Notes under the pieces: model-generated
Told to the model about the DNA's origin: nothing
The model's database searches: none
The model's input: only the letters and a program-made list of their open reading frames with translations
Assembly (NCBI GenBank): GCA_963727895.1
Contig: CAVSHT010000005.1
Span: 128,001 to 192,000, forward strand
From: an uncultured Methanosarcinaceae archaeon
GTDB taxonomy: Archaea; Halobacteriota; Methanosarcinia; Methanosarcinales; Methanosarcinaceae
Direction: 5' to 3'
DNA length: 64,000 nt
Shown: piece after piece, positions 56,776 through 64,000 of the stretch
How positions within the stretch are numbered: position 1 is the first letter of the stretch
How the letters are laid out: every line of letters begins with the position of its first letter
Program-made: the position numbers and the translations under genes

Positions 56776-57117
56776 AGAGCCTAAATGAAAAATACAAAAA
56801 ATTTTTAAAATTCTGCTCTATTTTCCTGCATTTTTGCTTTCTGTCAGCTTCTAACTTTAAAAAAAGGAGACTTTTTAATATCTTCTGGGATTGCCAAAAT
56901 ATACTATTAATTCCGCTAGCAATTGACTACAATAAATCAAAAACCAGAAAATAATAAAAAGTCTCCAATTTGAAGAGGATACCTAACTGTAAAGTTTTTC
57001 ACTGGTTTTGTAAAATAACAATATTTTTTGCAACAGAACCAACTATATAATATACATATTAAACGCAGTGTCTAATGCGCCCAAGTTTGTAAATCAAGTT
57101 CATAAGTCCTATTTAGT

Positions 57118-57996
57118 TTACTTTTTTACCGGAACAAAACCGACTTCACTTACTATTTTCTGTCCCTTTGCACTCAGCACAAAGTCAATGAACTCTGTTG
57201 TAAGATTTGAAGAAGATTTCCCATTATTATAGAAGTTAAGAGCTCTTGAAAGCGGATATGTGTCATTGAGGATGCTTTTGGCAGTTGGATACACGTAACC
57301 TTTTCCATTGTTCAGGCTTAATGCCTTTGTTTTTTTGTTGAGATATGCAAAGCCAATGTACCCGATTGCATTGGAGTTTTTAGAGACCACAGTAACTATT
57401 TCTTCATTAGTAGACTCGGTGATGACATCAGATCGATATTTATCCCCTTGCATAACGTCTTTCTGGAAGTCTGCATAAGTTCCTGAATTTTTGTCTCTAG
57501 CGATAACGGAAATAGTTTTGTTTATACCACCAACTTGCTTCCAGTTACTGATGCTCCCATTGTAAATACCGCGCAACTGATTAAAGGTAAGCTTAGAAAC
57601 TTTATTTGCAGGGTTTACTATTAGTGTAATGCCGTCATAAGAAATGACATGCTTCACTGTATTAATTCCTTTTGCTTTAGCAGATTTAATCTCTTGGGCT
57701 GTCATTTCTCTGGATGCGCTAGCGATATTTACTGTGCTATTTATGAATGCATTGATTCCAACAGTAGATCCACCACCAGTAACTGATATAATTTTTCCAG
57801 AATTTTCCTTCATGAATTCTTTAGCTTCAGCCTGTGCAAGAGGCAGGATTGTATCAGAGCCTTTCACAGAAATGTTCTCTGTCACATGAGTGGTAGACTC
57901 CAATACAGGAGTTGCTGCACTACATCCAATTTCCAGAAACACAAATCCTATTACCAGTAATATAAGGAGTGTGTGACCTTTTAATTTATTTATCAT
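57118..57996 (-). CDS. pstS: Phosphate ABC transporter substrate-binding protein
   Basis: KGSDT, GGGSTVG, ASR, RD..SGT and YPLSR; ATG 57996. Confidence 0.9.
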   Translation of the reverse strand: MINKLKGHTLLILLVIGFVFLEIGCSAATPVLESTTHVTENISVKGSDTILPLAQAEAKEFMKENSGKIISVTGGGSTVGINAFINSTVNIASASREMTAQEIKSAKAKGINTVKHVISYDGITLIVNPANKVSKLTFNQLRGIYNGSISNWKQVGGINKTISVIARDKNSGTYADFQKDVMQGDKYRSDVITESTNEEIVTVVSKNSNAIGYIGFAYLNKKTKALSLNNGKGYVYPTAKSILNDTYPLSRALNFYNNGKSSSNLTTEFIDFVLSAKGQKIVSEVGFVPVKK

Positions 57997-58226
57997 TTTA
58001 CCTATTCTCCATTTACCTACTAAAAATTTGTTTAATATATATACATTAAATTGTTTAAATATACAGTATAACATTTACAAAACGGATATATAATTATTCT
58101 CGTTTTAGACAATAGAGTTGTACATATATATATAGAGTATTTAGGAAATATAAAACATATTAATTGTATTATAAAAATACATATAAAAAGGGAGTTATAT
58201 TATGAAAATTAAAAAAGGATATATCA

Positions 58227-58344
58227 TAGGACTTACGCAGTTGGACTGAGAAATAAATAGCATTAAACCCTTAACTGTCTAAAATGCCGAATTCGTCACA
58301 ACGTCGATTGTTCTTGATTTTGTACCTCAAGTGCGTAAGTCCTA
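58227..58344. mobile_element. 118-bp MITE
   Basis: TAGGACTTACGCA...TGCGTAAGTCCTA. Confidence 0.85.
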
Positions 58345-58365
58345 CCAAGTTACAAAACAGATTAC

Positions 58366-58495
58366 GAGCTGATCCCAAAACTCAAAATTGCTTCTCTGAA
58401 TCCTGTATTCCAAATAATCAATCAAGTTTCTGATCATGAAAACAATCCTGAAAATTCTTGATGATTAAGAATTAAATGGCTTTTGGGATAGGCTC
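58366..58495. mobile_element. 130-bp MITE with IS5-type ends
   Basis: GAGCTGATCCCAAAA...TTTTGGGATAGGCTC, resembling the IS5 end at 52206. Confidence 0.7.
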
Positions 58496-58939
58496 TACTA
58501 TAAAATCAAAAATCAACGTAACTAAATCCATTGGCTTATTCATCTGTAAGAATATCCATGTCCTCTATACATATTGTTATCACCTTAGAAACGCTCACTG
58601 TTTTTTTGCTTTATGTTTCTCTAGATGAAAGATGAGTTGATCTTGTAGCTGCAGGATCTAACCTGCAGCCTTTGTTTGTCTGTATGAAGGTTCCACATCG
58701 ATTTGATTTAGAGGTAATTTTTTGAAGCTATGACTGAAATAAGAGCTATTATGACTATATCAGGATTTTGAGTAGTTTTGGAATCGAATAATTAGAACCT
58801 TCTAAATTATAAATAAAATTTGGGTATTATATATCTTTTCGATATATTCTATAGAGTTAACTTGTTTGTATGCAATGAATATACACTATAAAGTCCTCAA
58901 TAAAATTAGGATTTACGCGAATGATTAGAGTATCAAATG

Positions 58940-59111
58940 AAGTTATATTGCACGTATTTTAACTTCTGTAGAGGTCATGGAGGATTAAGATACAAAGATG
59001 AAAGAGGGATTGAATGCAAAAATACACCTGCAAGAGAAGCAGGAATTGTACAGTCAAAATGGACTTTAAAGGAACTGTTGACATTCAAGTGTTTTAAAAC
59101 ATCAATCAAAT
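58940..59111 (+). mobile_element. C-terminal remnant of a long IS1-type transposase
   Basis: YFNFCRGH...TPAREAGI...WTLKELL. Confidence 0.7.
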
Positions 59112-59375
59112 AAAAATGGACCATCATCACTTCTACGATATGCAATATGCAAAACTGAAACGGATACTCTGATATTATAGACCTATTGTGACATTTCAAT
59201 ATGCTTTACCGACTTTTCGGATAGGCTCTAAGTTAAAAGGACAGAATAAGTGGATTATATTGGTTTAGAATGCTATTGTGAGTAAAAACAGATTAGCTTT
59301 TTATCTCCATTCAATAATTGATTTTAATTCAATTATAATAAAAATATTTCTTGACTTTGAACTCTTTGACAATAT

Positions 59376-61988
59376 TCAGGTAAATAGTTTATACATTCCT
59401 TCGTAGAAGATGTTGTTCTCTTGATACAAATTTTTTATTGCATGTTCAATTTTCTGTCTAAACTCATCACTTTGGACCTTTGCCCAGACTTCCGGGAAGG
59501 TATCGAGTAATGTCTGGAGTTCTTCTTCCCTGTAGGCCTTGTAGGCTTCTACTCCCTTAAGACCTTCAGAAACTTTCTTTTTTCCGAAATCTTTTCTTTC
59601 TTCTGAAAGGCTCCAGTCTCCAGTTTGCAGATATGACCCCATTAAGTCTATTGCAACCATAGCGTCGTGCAAGTCTCCAAGGTGATCCTGCAAAGCTGTG
59701 ACTTCTTTGATCATTATATCTGCTTCCTTTCCCAACACGTCTCCAAAGAACTCAAGTGTATAACGTAGTCCTTTGGATGCAATTCTCAACCTATGAAGTC
59801 TCTCTATAGAGACATGTGGTCCTTCTACCCATTCGGAATAGGCACTGATGTCTGCGAAACGGGCATAGAGGATGGAAGGAAGTACATCCCTTACTCTATA
59901 TGGTAGTGCATCATGTTTTGTATTTGTTGTGGGCAGAGCCCAAGATTCAGAAACAGCGAGAACATCTGAGAAGTCATTTTTGAAATTGGCGTATCTTTCA
60001 CTTTTCAGATAAGTGGTCATGTTTTTCCTGGCTTTTTTTCTCGCTTCAGTGAGAATCATAAAGAGGGGATCAAGATCATGTTCATTTTCAGGAGGCAATT
60101 TTTTAAGATATTCTTCAGCTTTCTCCTTAAAAACATCTAGATCCCTGACATCACTGAATGCCGAAAGAGTACTTTTTAGTCCTTCCAGGTAAGGTTTAAG
60201 CTTTTTAGAATCTAAGTATGCTTCAAAGACCTTTGCAGCAGCTCTCATCCTGCGAATTGCAACCCTCATATCATGCAGATCTTCTATACTTTTTCCCTTT
60301 CGAGTTCCTTTCTCGTGAGCAAGCATTCTAGCAAATTGTCGGGAAAAAACCCTGTTAGCTACCATAGCCATTGAATCTTCAGGTCTAACTACAAATGTCA
60401 GGTCTTCATTCTCTTTTTTGTTTTCTTTCTTTTTTTCATTTTCTCCATTAATTTCCTCTATTCTCTTTTCAATTATTTCGGCTTCATCTATCTTTTTCTT
60501 AGATATAAAGGAGAGTTTGGTACCAAAAAGATACTCCCAGAGCTCGTCTTTCTTTTCTGCTCTTTTTACTGCTTTTTCTGTATCCTGCCCAAAAATCTCT
60601 ACTTCAACTGCTCCCTCTACCTGTCTAATTCTGTCTGGTAGAAGTCTCCAGTTGCCGTTTTCAAGGATTCCCGCGATTCGGAGAAAAGAAGCGAGAATAA
60701 GAGCTTTGTTTTTGATTTCTGGAGGTAACATGATATTTGATTCTTCAAAAAATGAAGAAAGGTTCTTTATTTCGATTTTGGGAGACTGAAGCTCCATTAT
60801 AAGAGCAAGCATCCTAAGTTCGTAGAGCTCTAATTCTTTTAGGGGATGGGTCAGGAGAATTTCCTTACCAATCTTGGATTTTTCTTCCGGGAAAACCGAG
60901 CTTCCGATCTCTTGGAGGAAAGCTGCAAGGCCTAGTATTTTTCTCTCTTTCTGCCCTAACCTATGGTAGGTAAAAAGTCCATCAAAAAGTATGAATGCAT
61001 TATTCCTGGTCTTTTCTGCCTTCTCTTCATCTGCTACATAGAGATCAAACAGGGTCTCAAGAGTCCACTCTTTGAAACCTATATTTTCCTGGCTTTTGCC
61101 CAGGGTGTAGCGCCCGGCATGGAAATGAAATTCTTTTGGCCCATTATTTTTAGATCTAAATGGGAAAATGGAAAGTCTTTCTTTTTCAAATCGGGAGTAC
61201 AAAGTTTCGATTTCTTGTTCAGGAACTTTTAGAAGAAGGCTCACTTCTGCTGTATTTAAGCCATTTTCAAGTGAAAGGAGAATTTTGGCCTGCTTTCCAT
61301 ATATATCTTCCTGGTCTGCAAGCTGCAGACAAAAAGCTCTTTCCCTGAAGCTCAAAAGGATTTTTTCCTGCATATTCTCTTTGAAGAGAAGAGCTCTCTC
61401 AAATTTAGAAAAGGGATCTTTTACAAGCTGGTAATTTCCTAGCAGGTATTCCGAAATAGCCTGCAAATCTTGACTGGTTCCATCAGTCTTTAATTCAATT
61501 TCAACTTCGTTATAGAGCTTTTCTTTATTTCCACTTTTAAGGCTCACATGATCCAGAGAAAATTCAGCTATATGTTTCTCCCCAAGTTTCACTTGGCGTA
61601 AAGCTCTTTTTTGTTCGAGTTTTAGGAATGGGAGCAGAGTAAAGCCCAGGCTAAGTTCTAAAATCATATTTTTTATTTTGGCATCGGAACATTCAAATAC
61701 AGAAGCTCCTTCTGGTAGGAAACTGATATATTCTTCTCTCGTGTGTACCCCATCTTCGAATCCCCCTAGGCTTTTGATAGTCAAGAATTGTCCTTCTTTT
61801 CCCATCTCTTTCCGCAGCCGTAGAAAATAACCTTCAGCCATTAAAGCAAGTTTTTCTGTGTCTAAAAAAGTGTCTTCAATAAGCTGTACTGAAGATTCAG
61901 AAAGGGAATAACTTTCCAGTTGAGATGATGCTTCAAGGGTTTGAAAATCCGCTTCATTTATCATGAAAAACTTTGATTCAATTTCCAT
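59376..61988 (-). CDS. CYTH + HD-like + CHAD domain protein (polyphosphate-associated)
   Basis: MEIESK, LRLRK, EVEIEL; CHAD motifs LHDMRVAIRR, RDLDV, HRLRI and QDHLGDLHD. Confidence 0.85.
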   Translation of the reverse strand: MEIESKFFMINEADFQTLEASSQLESYSLSESSVQLIEDTFLDTEKLALMAEGYFLRLRKEMGKEGQFLTIKSLGGFEDGVHTREEYISFLPEGASVFECSDAKIKNMILELSLGFTLLPFLKLEQKRALRQVKLGEKHIAEFSLDHVSLKSGNKEKLYNEVEIELKTDGTSQDLQAISEYLLGNYQLVKDPFSKFERALLFKENMQEKILLSFRERAFCLQLADQEDIYGKQAKILLSLENGLNTAEVSLLLKVPEQEIETLYSRFEKERLSIFPFRSKNNGPKEFHFHAGRYTLGKSQENIGFKEWTLETLFDLYVADEEKAEKTRNNAFILFDGLFTYHRLGQKERKILGLAAFLQEIGSSVFPEEKSKIGKEILLTHPLKELELYELRMLALIMELQSPKIEIKNLSSFFEESNIMLPPEIKNKALILASFLRIAGILENGNWRLLPDRIRQVEGAVEVEIFGQDTEKAVKRAEKKDELWEYLFGTKLSFISKKKIDEAEIIEKRIEEINGENEKKKENKKENEDLTFVVRPEDSMAMVANRVFSRQFARMLAHEKGTRKGKSIEDLHDMRVAIRRMRAAAKVFEAYLDSKKLKPYLEGLKSTLSAFSDVRDLDVFKEKAEEYLKKLPPENEHDLDPLFMILTEARKKARKNMTTYLKSERYANFKNDFSDVLAVSESWALPTTNTKHDALPYRVRDVLPSILYARFADISAYSEWVEGPHVSIERLHRLRIASKGLRYTLEFFGDVLGKEADIMIKEVTALQDHLGDLHDAMVAIDLMGSYLQTGDWSLSEERKDFGKKKVSEGLKGVEAYKAYREEELQTLLDTFPEVWAKVQSDEFRQKIEHAIKNLYQENNIFYEGMYKLFT

Positions 61989-62602
61989 GTCTTTCCCACC
62001 TATATAATAATATGATTTCAGTATCTAAAGACAAAGTTAAGGTTTGTTTCTATCATAAGTGATAATTTAACAACTAGTATATACACGAATTAAAATAAGT
62101 AAATATGAAACGTTATTACTCAATCTTGGAAAACAAAATATTCCAGATAAAAAGTGATACTTAAAACTCGCCTACAAACCAAGCAAAAGATAAGTGTATT
62201 TTAGAAATCAAATACATAAATGCATATCTGATCTATTATGAGTCAATAATACCTAACATCATTTTTGCTAAAGTTTTAATGTGTGTATCATCTATATCTT
62301 CAGATTCATTTAAATTATCAAATAATGTAAGTAAATGTGAAGCTACTTCCTCAATATCTATCATTTCATCCCCACTTATTTAAGTCTTCAACCTTTTCAA
62401 TTTTGATATAAACTTCTATATTTTCGTAAGGTGAAAATCTATATAGATATTATAGAAATATTATTATAAAACGATTTGCGGGTTTAAATATGTTAAAATG
62501 CAAATATATTTAATGTTTATGAGATACATAAAATACATTTAATGTTTTTAACTTTTCATGGATATTATAATAAATTAAAGATGTATGATAGGACTTTGAG
62601 AA

Positions 62603-63274
62603 TTACCTGAATCTCCACCAGGGCTTTTTTGCTCCAGATGCAACAATCTGTTTTTGGTTAATCAAAGTCTGTACTTGCATCATGTAATTATTGTGCATCT
62701 CTTCAAAGTATATTTCCCTTTTCTCTGCTTTCTCAAGTTCTCTTTGTAAATCTTTAATTTTCTGTTGTGCTTCATCTATCCTTATTTCAAGTTCTCTTTG
62801 TAATTTCTGGTTATTCGTTTGTTCGTCTGCAAATCTATTTTCTGTTTCTTTCATCTTAGTTTCTAGTTCTTGTTTCTGTCTCTGATTATTCTCATTTTGT
62901 TTTTCCAAGTCATGTATCTCAATTTGTAGTTCCTGAGCATGTTTTTGCTCGTCTACAAATCTATTTTCTGTTTCTTTTAGTTTAATTTGTAATTCCTGAT
63001 CATGCTTTTGTTCATTCTCGATTTGTTTTACCAGGTCCTGGATCTTAATTTGTAGTTCTTGAGTATGTTTGTGTTCATTCTCAAGTTCATCTCTCAATTC
63101 TTGTATCCTTATTGCTTGTTCTTTTCCATACAGATTAAGTTCTGGATCTGATACAAGTTTTTCCAAGGCATTAATAACTGCTTTATTAGTACTATCAAAA
63201 CCTAAAGATTCCACTTTTTGCCATAGGTCAAAAGGTACCTTCGCTTTGATTTTATGCTCTTCCTCCGAATACAT
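62603..63274 (-). CDS. Coiled-coil repeat protein with a RHH-like N-terminus and a KKPWW tail
   Basis: Repeats EQKHxQELQI; C-terminal KKPWWRFR. Confidence 0.75.
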   Translation of the reverse strand: MYSEEEHKIKAKVPFDLWQKVESLGFDSTNKAVINALEKLVSDPELNLYGKEQAIRIQELRDELENEHKHTQELQIKIQDLVKQIENEQKHDQELQIKLKETENRFVDEQKHAQELQIEIHDLEKQNENNQRQKQELETKMKETENRFADEQTNNQKLQRELEIRIDEAQQKIKDLQRELEKAEKREIYFEEMHNNYMMQVQTLINQKQIVASGAKKPWWRFR

Positions 63275-64000
63275 ATAAAATAAAAGAATCTAGTAAGTAA
63301 TATAATATCTCATTTTGATGGCTTTATAGAAATCCTCAATATTCAGGCGAAAAGCAAAGTCAACAAAATTCAAAAAGTACTATTACTTATTTAGGGTCCT
63401 TCCAAATTAGTGTTAAAACGAAGAACATATAATGCTTGTTTTGGACAATAAATATGCATTTAGAATCCCCCAAGATAAAATACACTCTAAAAACCAATTT
63501 TTTAGAAAAAATAATTCATAATAATCTTTAAAAGGAACAAATAATTAATATAAAACCGTTATTTGTTCACAATTTATGTTTATTTATAAATAAGGTATCT
63601 GATGTCATTTTTGTCCTTACAAAATTCAATGTTAAAAGTAAGGAAAAAACAACGTTTAATGTACCAATCAAAGTATTTAAGTCCTTAAAATAACAAATAA
63701 ATCTTTTAATGAATGTACTTTAATTGGGGAAGGATTGATACGACGTTTAACTGGGAAAATAAGGTTTAATATTTCTTAAAAAACTAATCATTTTTCAAGG
63801 GGTATAATTACTTATTGGATAGTTTTACCGTTTTCAACCTACTGACAGTGAATTTGAGATATTTTCTACAAAGTCTCTAAAGCGTGTATTATATAATTGA
63901 AGGTCTAAAACATAATGATTTTTCAATTCAACCGCATAAGTCATAATATTTTGATAAGCTCTTAATCATACTTAATCAAGTTTTTCAAAGAGATTTGGAT

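Noticed and set aside
1..64000. tRNA/rRNA genes and the many antisense ORFs over fpo, cof and IS genes
   Set aside because: No cloverleaf or rRNA signature seen; the antisense ORFs are shadows of recognised genes

Overview
Methanosarcina-type archaeal chromosome segment, assigned from the gene content (fpo operon, cofG/cofH/cofH/cofC, ferredoxin-GGR, PGF-CTERM and DUF1699 proteins). 1-7.5 kb: fpoA-M operon (minus strand) in decay, with nonsense, frameshift and internal-deletion lesions in fpoC, D, H, L and M, and an IS1 upstream. 9-19 kb: F420 biosynthesis and ether-lipid cluster whose Tes/GDGT-synthase-like radical SAM gene carries an in-frame TAA. 19-45 kb: broken trkA opposite an intact KimA-like transporter, a MarR-RND(pseudo)-S-layer operon, an ECF Ni/Co transporter, and three more defective IS1 copies. 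One of these is split by an IS110 whose upstream non-coding end folds into a two-loop RNA matching its own target and donor junctions (bridge-RNA-like). 45-59 kb: AT-rich region with IS fragments, several MITE families, an HEPN-like gene, a tape-measure-like relic, small ORFs missed by the ORF track (including a 41-aa Gly/Trp/Cys peptide) and two candidate structured sRNAs. It ends with pstS, a CYTH-HD-CHAD protein and a coiled-coil protein. All calls are by eye; no database searches were run.
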